The notes under the pieces are model-generated. The model saw only the letters and a program-made list of their open reading frames with translations, had not been told where the DNA came from and made no database searches. The position numbers and the translations under genes were made by a program. From positions 235,716-299,715 of the forward strand of contig JAIBBU010000001.1 of assembly GCA_019694515.1 (NCBI GenBank): a stretch of DNA of 64,000 nt, written 5' to 3'. Below are positions 18,661 through 27,912 of the stretch, in pieces; position 1 is the first letter of the stretch; the number at the start of each line of letters is the position of its first letter. The stretch comes from Oligoflexia bacterium. GTDB lineage: Bacteria; Bdellovibrionota_C; UBA2361; JBGSMV01.

Positions 18661-19475
18661 TGCCGAATTTGGGTGTAATTCCCGTAATTGTAGGGGTGCT
18701 GAATATTACCCCCGACAGTTTCTCCGACGGGGGCATGTTTTTGGATCCCCAAACTGCAGCCGTAACCGCGACACGCATGCTAACAGAGGGCGCGCAGTTG
18801 GTGGAGCTGGGCGGTGACTCGACCAGGCCGGGTTCGGTCTGTTGCGGTGCGAAAGCGGAGTGGCAGCGCATTCAGCCGGTCTTAAAGCTAGTGGCTGGAA
18901 GGGTACGCTTTGGAGTAGATACCCATCATGCGGTGGTAGCTACGGACGCAATCGCCCAGGGCGCAGCATATATTAACGACGTCTCTGCGGGGGGAGACCC
19001 GCGGCTCTTGGAGGCGGTTGCAGCCTCCGGCGTGAGACTTGCGTTAATGCACTCACGCTGTTCGGCGCCGCACCTGTTTGATCTAAATCCGGAAGGCGAC
19101 CTGATCGCGAGCATCCGCTCTTTTCTAGAGCAGCGCATAGAGCTAGCCGGGCGCGCCGGTATCGATCGTGAGCGTTTGATTCTGGACCCCGGGATGGGGG
19201 CTTTTCTTAGTGCCGATCCCCGGAAATCTTTCGAGTTGCTGGAACGCTTCGCCGAGCTTGAATCGCTGGGCTGCGATCTAATGTTAGGGGTCTCACGTAA
19301 GGGGTTCTTGAAATCAGAGGGTGAGCGGGTAGTGAGCGATCGAGATGCGGCTTCTGCGCAGATCGCTCAGCGCGTCTGCGCCGGCTTAAATCAAGGCCGT
19401 CGACTCTACATTAGAGTGCATAATGTGCCGCTCCACTCAGAAGTTCTTAAATCGCTAATTACGCGACCCGGTTAA
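18657..19475 (+). CDS. folP: dihydropteroate synthase
   Basis: Pterin-binding domain motifs (GVLNITPDSFSDGG; LGGDSTRPG; INDVSAG). 272 aa. Overlaps the previous gene by 4 nt. Confidence 0.9.
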   Translation: MMPNLGVIPVIVGVLNITPDSFSDGGMFLDPQTAAVTATRMLTEGAQLVELGGDSTRPGSVCCGAKAEWQRIQPVLKLVAGRVRFGVDTHHAVVATDAIAQGAAYINDVSAGGDPRLLEAVAASGVRLALMHSRCSAPHLFDLNPEGDLIASIRSFLEQRIELAGRAGIDRERLILDPGMGAFLSADPRKSFELLERFAELESLGCDLMLGVSRKGFLKSEGERVVSDRDAASAQIAQRVCAGLNQGRRLYIRVHNVPLHSEVLKSLITRPG

Positions 19476-19842
19476 GCACTTCGTCCTGCGATCTTTTTGG
19501 ATCGGTGTGGTGCGAGATCAGCAAGTATTCAGAAACCGCATCTACGGCATCAAGACGTCCGTCCCTATTGGCATCAGCTAACTGAACGCTATAGTTTCCG
19601 GCCAGGGCTCCGTTCGCAGCATTGAAGAGTTCAACGCTGTCACGAACCGTCTCAATCGCTCCCTTCTGGGGATCCGGTAGACTCATTCTGACTCTTGTAG
19701 CAGCCGGAATGTTATCTCTGCTTTTGCTATCGACCTCGTTTTGCGAGCTCGTCTCCCGTGCGGGAGGTGTATTTGTAGAGCGTGAAGCTCCAATTGCAAG
19801 TATGCCATCCATGACACAACCGTGCTTATGTAGAGCTTTCAA
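19459..19842 (-). CDS. hypothetical protein with dockerin/EF-hand-like Ca-binding motif
   Basis: A DANRDGRLDAVD motif lies near the C-terminus. The ORF could start later (MSLPDPQ...). Weak call. Confidence 0.25.
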   Translation of the reverse strand: MKALHKHGCVMDGILAIGASRSTNTPPARETSSQNEVDSKSRDNIPAATRVRMSLPDPQKGAIETVRDSVELFNAANGALAGNYSVQLADANRDGRLDAVDAVSEYLLISHHTDPKRSQDEVLNRVA

Positions 19843-20144
19843 AAAAGGGGGAGAAAGATGGGGCGTGGTCTTTTCGGATTCCTTTCCGGAAAGCTGCGCA
19901 ATCCTTTGCTAAAGAAAGAGCTGTAAACTCTCTCACTTGTTAAAATCGTCCAATTCGCCCGGAACTTTAGCGCCGTTTTTGTGCGCCTTGACAAAACGGT
20001 TAATTAAATCGAGAGTTATTGAGATATCAAATAGTTACCCGTTCCTTTCAAGTATAGGTTCTGCTGCGCTAATGCTCCGCAAGACCGTACTTTCGAGCAG
20101 TCGGTAAACACTGCTCAAACTCGCAATAGGGGGGATCCCTATGG

Positions 20145-21956
20145 TTGGAATCCTGCCGGGACGGGACCATAAGGTTGGTGATCATGAGCTGTTCTAATTC
20201 AAATGTCGTTAAATGGGTCGAACAATCAGTTGCGCTGCTTCAGCCGGAGCGCGTGGTTTGGGTGGATGGGAGCGAGGCTGAATATAAGGGCATCTGCGAT
20301 CTGCTAGTGGAGCAGGGGACTTTTAAGCGGCTTAATCCCGAAAAGTATCCCAACTGTTTTTGGTGCGTCTCTGACCCTAAAGATGTGGCGCGGGTGGAGG
20401 ATCGCACCTTTATCTGTTCGAAATCCGAAGCGGATTGCGGACCCACGAATCACTGGCGTGATCCCCGGGAGATGTACGATCTGCTTTACTCCATCATTCG
20501 CGGCGGCATGCGCGGGCGCACGATGTATGTGGTGCCCTATCTGATGGGGCCCGACGGCTCGCCCTTTTCGAAGGTCGGATTTGAGCTCACCGACTCTCCG
20601 TATGTTGTGGCTAATATGAAAATCATGGCACGCATCGGAAAGGTGGCTCTAAAGAACCTCCCTGATCATAGCAATGATTTCGTGCGCGGTTTGCATACGA
20701 TCGGGCAGTTGGACTCGGAGAAGCGTTATATCTGCCATTTTCCGGAAGATAACACGATCATTAGTATCAATTCGAATTATGGTGGTAACGCACTGCAAGG
20801 TAAGAAGTGCTTTGCATTGCGGATTGCTTCTTGTCAGGCCCGGCGCGAGGGTTGGCTGGCCGAGCACATGTTGATTCTGGGCATCACCAATCCGGCCGGT
20901 AAGAAGATCTACGTAACGGGAGCTTTCCCCTCGGCGTGCGGCAAGACCAATCTGGCCATGCTGATTCCGCCCAAGCTTTATACCGATGCGGGCTGGAAGG
21001 TTGAGACCGTGGGCGATGATATCGCCTGGCTGAATTTTGGATCGGATGGCCGGCTGTACGCGATTAATCCTGAAGCGGGATTTTTCGGTGTCGCCCCAGG
21101 TACTTCCTATGCCACAAATCCGGCGGCCATGGACACCATTCGCGCTAATACTATCTTCACGAATACTGCGCTTGATCTCGATAATATGACCCCTTGGTGG
21201 GATCGTATGACGGACCAGCCGCCGAAGCGCGCCAAAGATTGGTTGAACCGCGACTGGACCCCGGCTTCGAAAGACAAGCCGGCTCATCCGAACTCACGAT
21301 TCACCGCCCCCGCAGGTCAATGCCCGACGATCGCGCCCGAATGGGAAACGCCCAACGGTGTGCCGATATCCGCGATCATCTTTGGCGGGCGACGTACAAA
21401 GGTCGCCCCTCTGATCTATGAGGCCTTCAACTGGCAGCATGGCACCTATACCGGCGTCACGATGTGCTCTGAGACCACGGCAGCGGCAGAGGGCAAGGTC
21501 GGGCAGCTGAGACGCGATCCCATGGCGATGTTGCCATTTATCGGCTATCACGCTGGAGATTACTTCCAGCATTGGCTCGATATTGGTCAGCGTGCGGGAG
21601 CGGTGCTGCCGCGGATCTATCATGTGAACTGGTTCCGCCGAAATGCTGCTGGGGAGTTCATGTGGCCTGGTTACGGCGATAATATGAGAGTCTTGGAGTG
21701 GATCTTTGACCGCGTGACGGCCGGAAAAGATGCTGAAAAGACAGCGCTCGGATTCCAGCCGCGCCCGAGCGATGTGCGGACTGCTGGCCTTTCAATCTCC
21801 GATAGTACGATGCGCGAACTTTTTGAAGTCCGGCCGGAAGACTGGCGTGAAGAGCTTGATTCGCAAAGCAAATTTTTTGAGACCATTGGCAGCAAAGTCC
21901 CCAAGGCGCTCTGGCAGGAGCATGCTGCTTTGAAGCAGCGCTTGGGATTAAAATAG
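20145..21956 (+). CDS. pckG: phosphoenolpyruvate carboxykinase (GTP)
   Basis: 603 aa with GTP-type PEPCK hallmarks (...FPSACGKTNLAML...; WLNFGSDGRLYAINPEAGFFGVAPGT; GDDIAW). An alternative start is the Met at 20184 (MSCSNSN...). Confidence 0.95.
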   Translation: MESCRDGTIRLVIMSCSNSNVVKWVEQSVALLQPERVVWVDGSEAEYKGICDLLVEQGTFKRLNPEKYPNCFWCVSDPKDVARVEDRTFICSKSEADCGPTNHWRDPREMYDLLYSIIRGGMRGRTMYVVPYLMGPDGSPFSKVGFELTDSPYVVANMKIMARIGKVALKNLPDHSNDFVRGLHTIGQLDSEKRYICHFPEDNTIISINSNYGGNALQGKKCFALRIASCQARREGWLAEHMLILGITNPAGKKIYVTGAFPSACGKTNLAMLIPPKLYTDAGWKVETVGDDIAWLNFGSDGRLYAINPEAGFFGVAPGTSYATNPAAMDTIRANTIFTNTALDLDNMTPWWDRMTDQPPKRAKDWLNRDWTPASKDKPAHPNSRFTAPAGQCPTIAPEWETPNGVPISAIIFGGRRTKVAPLIYEAFNWQHGTYTGVTMCSETTAAAEGKVGQLRRDPMAMLPFIGYHAGDYFQHWLDIGQRAGAVLPRIYHVNWFRRNAAGEFMWPGYGDNMRVLEWIFDRVTAGKDAEKTALGFQPRPSDVRTAGLSISDSTMRELFEVRPEDWREELDSQSKFFETIGSKVPKALWQEHAALKQRLGLK

Positions 21957-21965
21957 CAGGCCGGG

Positions 21966-23003
21966 GTGGCTGAACCATCGATCTTTGTTCACATCGTTAC
22001 GTTCAATAGCGCTGCCTTTATCGAGAAGTGTCTAGCTGCAGTTTTGGCCCAAGAATATCGCGGCCAAGTCACCGTTGCCGTTTCTGATAATGCTTCGAGC
22101 GACGGTAGCGTTGATCTAATTCAGCAGCGCTTCGCCGGGAAGGCGGCGCTGCATCGAAATGCACAGAATTTAGGTTTTTGTGCGGCTCATAATTGGGGCG
22201 CCAAGCGCTTTTTAGAAAAGCGCTATGACTATCTCTTAATACTGAATCCGGACTTGGTATTAGCCCGATCAGCTTTGCAGCTCCTAATAGACGCAGCCGA
22301 ATCCGATCACTGCTGTGGTTTGGCTACTCCCAAGCTACTGCGGGCTGATAATGAACTGCGACCGGTAGAGCCGGCGGTGTTAGATGCAGCGGGGATGATT
22401 TTGACCAATAATCTAAGGCATCTTGATCGCGGCTCGCAGGAGCCTGATGTCGGACAGTACGAAGTGCAAGAAACACTCTTCGGAGGTACAGGCGCCTGTT
22501 TGCTTCTGAAGCGCGCCTGTGTCGAAAGCTGTCTGGTGCAAAGCCCCTATGAGCAGGATCTTGAGCGCGTCTTCCCGGAGCTCGGTCCTGGGAGAACTGA
22601 TCGGGTTCCCCTTTTCGATGAAGCCTTCTTCGCTTTTAGAGAGGACGCCGACCTATGCTGGCGCGCGGGACTCTTCGGATGGAAGTGTCTGTTTGTGCCG
22701 GCAGCACACGGATTTCACCGCCGTTCAGTCCTGCCCGAAAATCGAGCGACGCTCCCTGCGGAGATTAATCGCCACAGTGTGAGGAACCGGTTCCTGCTGC
22801 AGATTAACAACTATTCACTCGCGCGGATGCCGGGTGCCTTTGTGTCTGGGGTGATCATACGGAATGTCGTCGTGCTGCTGGGGGTGCTGCTGTGGGAACA
22901 AAGCTCGTTGCGGGCATGCTCCGACTTGTTACGGTTATGGCGTCGGGCGTGGGCGCGGCGTCGGATCATTTTTGAGCGCGCCTCAACCAAAATATCAGCA
23001 TGA
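21966..23003 (+). CDS. family 2 glycosyltransferase
   Basis: N-terminal GT-A fold motifs (FVHIVTFNSAAFIEKCLAAVLAQ... SDNASSDGS). Sits 10 nt downstream of pckG on the same strand. Confidence 0.8.
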   Translation: MAEPSIFVHIVTFNSAAFIEKCLAAVLAQEYRGQVTVAVSDNASSDGSVDLIQQRFAGKAALHRNAQNLGFCAAHNWGAKRFLEKRYDYLLILNPDLVLARSALQLLIDAAESDHCCGLATPKLLRADNELRPVEPAVLDAAGMILTNNLRHLDRGSQEPDVGQYEVQETLFGGTGACLLLKRACVESCLVQSPYEQDLERVFPELGPGRTDRVPLFDEAFFAFREDADLCWRAGLFGWKCLFVPAAHGFHRRSVLPENRATLPAEINRHSVRNRFLLQINNYSLARMPGAFVSGVIIRNVVVLLGVLLWEQSSLRACSDLLRLWRRAWARRRIIFERASTKISA

Positions 23004-23776
23004 ATCGGACAGTCCTCATTACGGGGGCCTCAGCCGGGATCGGGGCGGAATTTGCTCGGCAGCTGCATGCGCGGGGACACGATTTAATTCTGGTGGCGCG
23101 CCGGGCCGAGCGGCTAAAAGAAAGCGCCGATAAACTGAATGCCGTCCGCCCACACTCAGTAGAAATTATGGCTTGTGATTTGACCTCCGCCGCAGCGTTG
23201 CAGGCGCTGGTTTTACAGATCAGGGACCGAGAGATCGAAATGCTGATTAACAACGCCGGTCGCGGTTCTTTTGGGCGATTTGATCTTCTGGATTCGGGGG
23301 GAGAACAGGATCTCGTCGCATTGAACATTAATGCGACGCTGACACTAGCCCATGCGGTGGTGCCGGGAATGATCCGACGCAAACGAGGAACGATCGTAAG
23401 TGTCTCATCGATTGCAGCTTTTCAGCCGCTGCCCTATATGGCGACCTATGCCGCAACCAAAGCCTTCAACTTTTTCCATTCTTTGGCGCTGCGTTACGAG
23501 CTTAAGTCACATGGAATCGGTGTGATTACTGTCTGTCCCGGTCCGACGGCAACCGAATTCGGTCAGGCTTCTCGTGTTCCCGGGGAGATGAAGGAGCTGC
23601 GTGGAGATGATGTGGAGATGGTCGTTCAAAGGGCGATTACTGCGATCGAGCGGGCCCGTCCCTACGTTATTACGGGTGCCCGCTCTCATTTGCTGGCGTG
23701 GGCATCACGCCTTCTGCCGGCCTTCTTTAGTGCTTGGGTAGTCGAGAAACTGATTAGACCGCGATCTCTGTCGTAG
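23000..23776 (+). CDS. short-chain dehydrogenase/reductase (SDR)
   Basis: TGASAGIG Rossmann motif. YxxxK (YAATK) catalytic motif. NNAG motif. Overlaps the GT2 gene by 4 nt. Confidence 0.85.
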   Translation: MNRTVLITGASAGIGAEFARQLHARGHDLILVARRAERLKESADKLNAVRPHSVEIMACDLTSAAALQALVLQIRDREIEMLINNAGRGSFGRFDLLDSGGEQDLVALNINATLTLAHAVVPGMIRRKRGTIVSVSSIAAFQPLPYMATYAATKAFNFFHSLALRYELKSHGIGVITVCPGPTATEFGQASRVPGEMKELRGDDVEMVVQRAITAIERARPYVITGARSHLLAWASRLLPAFFSAWVVEKLIRPRSLS

Positions 23777-23836
23777 CCGGAGAAATTTTCCGGCATTGCT
23801 CTAGAAGTTAAGCAATTTGAGGACCGAATTACCCTC

Positions 23837-23970
23837 GATTCCGAAACCGGCGCAGCGAACTGTTGACCGAGGCTGAGATCTGATTCCGAATCTGGAAACC
23901 GATTCCGATTCAGAAATCCGTGGGTAGCCCGAATCCGAGATCGGCTTCCGACCTCAGAATCCGACCGCCG
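23837..23970. repeat. intergenic array of degenerate (A/G)(A/T)TCCGA heptamer repeats
   Basis: GATTCCGAAA (23837), TGATTCCGAAT (23881), GATTCCGATT (23901), AAATCCGTG (23914), GAATCCGAGA (23931), CTTCCGACC (23946), GAATCCGACC (23957). This is 6-7 copies, irregularly spaced by about 10-25 nt, between the SDR gene and the EEP gene. Confidence 0.5.
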
Positions 23971-24029
23971 TCAGCCGCATGCCCTTAGTCGGCAGCTGAT
24001 CTCAAGGGCGCAGCATTTCTATCCTTTAA

Positions 24030-25472
24030 ATGCGCAACTCCTTCAGCGATAGCGGGACACTTCCAACTGCAAGTGGAGCTAAAGCCCTAGATAGATTTAG
24101 TCCATTTTTAACCAGCCTGCCGAATTGCGCTAAAATCGCGCTCCCGTTACACTCCCCCTCCAAAGTCCTCAGACTCGGAAGTATTGTTGTGGCAGTATCA
24201 TTATCACGGACCTCGGGAGTGCAAGCACGGGGCGCAACTCAGGCAGCTCCAAGCAACCCCGGCGATTCTTCGCCGTTCGATGCTCTGAGTCCTTTATCTC
24301 CGCGGCAAGCGCAGCTCTATCTGCCCGTCACCGAGCTCCGTGAGGCTTTGCGGGATCGGCCGGTGATTCAGGCGCTGGCTGACAAAATTATGCGCCGCTT
24401 GTCGGCTAAGGAGGAAGATCCCTCAGCTTCTATAGTTTCCATTTCGCCTTTATCCTACCATGGTCCGTTTCCGATCGCGCTGCTGCAGGCAACAACCCGT
24501 GCAGAATTTGTAAGTGCGCTTGCGAAGATGCCCATAGAATTGCGCGACCTATGGTTACGGCAGGCGTTAAATGCCGAGTATCCTGCTCGCACTCAAGAAT
24601 TCTCCACCGCCATGCGGTTGCAGCTTCTATCTTTCAATGTGTGGGGGCTGCCATCTTTTGGCGGCTTAGGGGGCGGAGAGTCCTCTCGTTACCCAAGAAT
24701 TGCGGCGGAATTGGCCCGGTCTCCTGCCGGCGTGATAGCGCTGCAGGAGATGTGGGATCGCCGGACTACCCAGATCATTCACGATTCGGGATTTTCCTTC
24801 GTATCTTCTGGGGGGCCAATCGGGAAACTGCATGGAAATAGCGGTCTCGTGACATTGTCGCGCTATCCGATCCTGAAGCATGATTTCTTTGCGTTTACGC
24901 AGCGGCCTGGACTCGAGCGCGCTGTTGCTAAAGGTGTGCTCTTTACCCGCGTGGAGCTCGATCAGAACACCGCTGTAGATATCTATAATACTCATCTGGC
25001 CTCCGGCAGTTACGGCATCCTGGGTTGGTTTGCTAACCGAGAGGTTAGTCATCAGGCCCGCATCTCCCAGCTCTCAGAGCTTGAAAGCTGGCGGCAGTCG
25101 CACCGCACCCCGGGGATTCCAAGTGTAACCGTGGGGGACATGAATATTGATCAGGAGGATTCACTTTACGGAACGCTGCCCCGACTTTTGGGGGTGGATG
25201 CGTATCGGGCACGATATCCGCTGAATCGCTATGCACGGAGTGTCTCTATATTTTCCGAACCAGAAGTGATTGGAGCGACGGTCGACCCGTGCACCAATCG
25301 TTGGGCCAAGTGGAAGCGCCATCAGCCTCAAAGGCTCGATCAAATTTGGCTTTCCGATTTGGATCCGCTGCGCACTGCGCTTGGCATTCGCCGCTGTTTC
25401 GTCGCGGAACCCCTGTCCGATCATTATGGGTTAGAAATGGAACTAATCGTTTCGCCGGAGAGCCGATCCTAA
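24030..25472 (+). CDS. endonuclease/exonuclease/phosphatase (EEP) family protein, sphingomyelinase/phosphodiesterase-like, with ~190-aa unknown N-terminal extension
   Basis: EEP fold motifs (LQLLSFNVWGLP; VIALQEMWD; NTHLASG; SDHYGLEMEL at the C-terminus). The N-terminal region has no recognised domain, and the true start may be internal. Confidence 0.55.
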   Translation: MRNSFSDSGTLPTASGAKALDRFSPFLTSLPNCAKIALPLHSPSKVLRLGSIVVAVSLSRTSGVQARGATQAAPSNPGDSSPFDALSPLSPRQAQLYLPVTELREALRDRPVIQALADKIMRRLSAKEEDPSASIVSISPLSYHGPFPIALLQATTRAEFVSALAKMPIELRDLWLRQALNAEYPARTQEFSTAMRLQLLSFNVWGLPSFGGLGGGESSRYPRIAAELARSPAGVIALQEMWDRRTTQIIHDSGFSFVSSGGPIGKLHGNSGLVTLSRYPILKHDFFAFTQRPGLERAVAKGVLFTRVELDQNTAVDIYNTHLASGSYGILGWFANREVSHQARISQLSELESWRQSHRTPGIPSVTVGDMNIDQEDSLYGTLPRLLGVDAYRARYPLNRYARSVSIFSEPEVIGATVDPCTNRWAKWKRHQPQRLDQIWLSDLDPLRTALGIRRCFVAEPLSDHYGLEMELIVSPESRS

Positions 25473-25545
25473 GGGCCTTTTTGCAGGCTAAAGGGGCTGG
25501 GGCAGTATGAAAATTGAAACCTTACTGCCCCATGCCGATCTGAGG

Positions 25546-26598
25546 CTAGTGGAACCACCGATGCTGCAGCTGCTCGAAGGTGCCCTGTCGAATCAGCTTC
25601 AGCAACGCACGATTAACCTCCTCGCGAAGGGGGCTGCCCTCCGGAAGCACGAAACCGTAGCGCTGCGGACCGAAGCCGATCGAATGCACTGCGACCGCGC
25701 CCGGCTTACTCGCGGCATAGGCACGAACCACGGGCGTATCGAAGACGGCGAACTCTGTTTCACCGCATTCGACCGCTTGGAAGGCCTCCTGCGCCGAAAG
25801 CTTTTCGATGACTTCCGCACCGCACTGCCGCAGGGCGTCGACCGCGACCGTTCCGGTCTTCGTCGCTACCCGGTGTCCGGCCAGATCCTCCGGAGCTTCG
25901 ACAATCTCCTGACCGGCGCGCTGAACCATCCCCGAGATTCTGGTGATGGTCAAGCCGATCACCGTGTGAACGATCACGATGATGCTAAGCAAGGTCAGAA
26001 TTTGACCTTTGACCGTGTGGGCGCGCAGGTCTCCGGGGCCACCTGAAAAGCAGTTCACCAGGGCCACGTAAAACCCGCGCCACAATCCGAGCGGTATAGA
26101 AACGCCGATGAAGTCGCTGCCGGGGCACTTTCGTTCAAACAGAAACATGAAAGTGCCGACAACGAACGCCACCAGCAGCACTACTCCCGCCAGGCGCAAA
26201 CTCTCGACGTCGACCAGCGACCGCAGCATCTCCCGCACGCCCTGCGGCGGCGAAGTCTTGCTTAGAACGCTGAATCCTCCCTCCAGATAGGGGTAAGAAA
26301 AATCGACGAGCTGCTCGCGCCTGTCCGTGACGGTGATGCCACCGATCGCGAGATCCGCGGTGCCGTGGCGTATTCCGTCAAATACCCGGGAAAACGGCAC
26401 GACTCGGAATTGGGTTGAATAACCCAGCTCCTCGGCGACCGCCTTGCTGAGCTCGATCTCAAATCCATAGACAGCGGAATCACCGAGCACCGAAACCGTA
26501 GGCGGAAACGCGGTTGCGTCGATCCGTAGCGGGCTCTTCTGCATCGGATACACCTGTGACGGAATCATCATCGCCAAAACCAGCAGCAGCGGACGCAT
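25546..26598 (-). CDS. prokaryotic ionotropic-glutamate-receptor-like protein (periplasmic binding S1 lobe - M1-P-M2 channel - S2 lobe)
   Basis: Signal peptide, then an SBP_bac_3-like lobe. A TM helix follows (LAGVVLLVAFVVGTFMFLF), then a pore-helix/filter-like segment (WRGFYVALVNCFSGGPGDL), then a second TM (ILTLLSIIVIVHTVIGL). A second binding lobe ends the protein (...GFVLPEGSPLREEVNRALL...). Confidence 0.65.
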   Translation of the reverse strand: MRPLLLVLAMMIPSQVYPMQKSPLRIDATAFPPTVSVLGDSAVYGFEIELSKAVAEELGYSTQFRVVPFSRVFDGIRHGTADLAIGGITVTDRREQLVDFSYPYLEGGFSVLSKTSPPQGVREMLRSLVDVESLRLAGVVLLVAFVVGTFMFLFERKCPGSDFIGVSIPLGLWRGFYVALVNCFSGGPGDLRAHTVKGQILTLLSIIVIVHTVIGLTITRISGMVQRAGQEIVEAPEDLAGHRVATKTGTVAVDALRQCGAEVIEKLSAQEAFQAVECGETEFAVFDTPVVRAYAASKPGAVAVHSIGFGPQRYGFVLPEGSPLREEVNRALLKLIRQGTFEQLQHRWFH

Positions 26599-26901
26599 CG
26601 TCCCTCCTAGGCTTGGGAACCTGCTTCATTGAACCTTTTGCTATTCATACTACCCCAGACAAAAACTAGCGCAGAGCACGGCTTTTGACTGAGGTAGCTT
26701 CATCCCTCTGCCCGAAAAGGTTTTAAAAGAGCGTTGACCTAATGCACGGTCTCCTGGGGCAGGATAGTGCGGGTGAAGGGGGCCAAAACACTCTGAAGTT
26801 ATGTTCGATTAATCTATATTATTCAGATAGTTAGAACGGTGAGTACAAAAACAACAAAAAGTTTTTTTACTTAATTGATAGTTCTCTGTAGCTTTATTTC
26901 T

Positions 26902-27912
26902 ATGGACCAGATAGAACAGCGAATTCTATGGGCTATCGACCGCAACTGTCGCGAATCACATACTCGAATTGCGGAATCCCTCGGTATCACCAAACAACGG
27001 CTGCACTACCGGCTTCAACGGTTGCAGCAGTGCGGCTTAGTTAAGCGCTATATCCCCTTAATTGATATGCATCGGCTGGGGTTCTTAACTTTCCGCATCT
27101 ACTTTCGTTACAAGAACTTGGAGCGATTTCGTTCGAGCGAAATCGTGCGGCATTTTGAACGCCTCGATCACACCGTTTGGATCGGGAGTCTTGAGGGCGT
27201 TTGGGACCTCGAGGTGGTCTTTGCGGTGCGTAGTTTTGTGCAGCTTAACAATATCTTTAAGCAGGCGCGCGCTACGCTGGGCTCATTCTTTCAGCGTTAT
27301 AATATCTCGATGAGCCCGGTATGTTATCAGTTCAACCGCAATTATTTGGTAAATCGCCGGCAACCTGGGATTGCGCCAGCCTATTACGGATTCGAACCTT
27401 CCCCGGCAAAGTTGGGACGCAATGATCTGCGCGTACTGGCAGCACTAGCCCAGGACTGTCGACAAACCAATCGTGACTTGGCGCTACGGCTGGGAATTGC
27501 CTTTCGTACGGTGCGTCAAAGTATTGATCGTTTGGAACAGTTAAAAATTATCCAGGGCTACCGGGCGGTCTTTGATGTAGAAAAACTTGGAAGGCGCTAC
27601 TACAAAGCGCTGATCAAGTTGACCGAAATGAATGAGGAGATTGAACCCCGGCTCTACAAGTTTTGCGGTAAATTCAACTCCGTCACTTATCTTACTGAGG
27701 TATTAGGGGATTGGCAGCTTGAGATCGATGTGGAGGTGGCGGATCTGCGGGATTTTACAAAGTTGTTATCGCTGCTGCGCCAAGAATTTCCTCTGAATGT
27801 CATAGACTATGAAATTCTTGAGGTGGTAAAGGAGGAGAAGATCGATTTCTTCCCGATGGCCGCTTCCGCCCTTAAGGACTTCGACCGTCAATTAAGTCAG
27901 ATTAATGAATAG
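26902..27912 (+). CDS. Lrp/AsnC-family transcriptional regulator, tandem-duplicated (two HTH_AsnC + RAM-like modules)
   Basis: Two copies of the AsnC-type HTH (RILWAIDRNCRESHTRIAESLGITKQRLHYRLQRL and LRVLAALAQDCRQTNRDLALRLGIAFRTVRQSIDRL). Each is followed by a ~80-aa RAM-like region. Start set at the Met at 26902 (MDQIEQR...). Confidence 0.65.
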   Translation: MDQIEQRILWAIDRNCRESHTRIAESLGITKQRLHYRLQRLQQCGLVKRYIPLIDMHRLGFLTFRIYFRYKNLERFRSSEIVRHFERLDHTVWIGSLEGVWDLEVVFAVRSFVQLNNIFKQARATLGSFFQRYNISMSPVCYQFNRNYLVNRRQPGIAPAYYGFEPSPAKLGRNDLRVLAALAQDCRQTNRDLALRLGIAFRTVRQSIDRLEQLKIIQGYRAVFDVEKLGRRYYKALIKLTEMNEEIEPRLYKFCGKFNSVTYLTEVLGDWQLEIDVEVADLRDFTKLLSLLRQEFPLNVIDYEILEVVKEEKIDFFPMAASALKDFDRQLSQINE

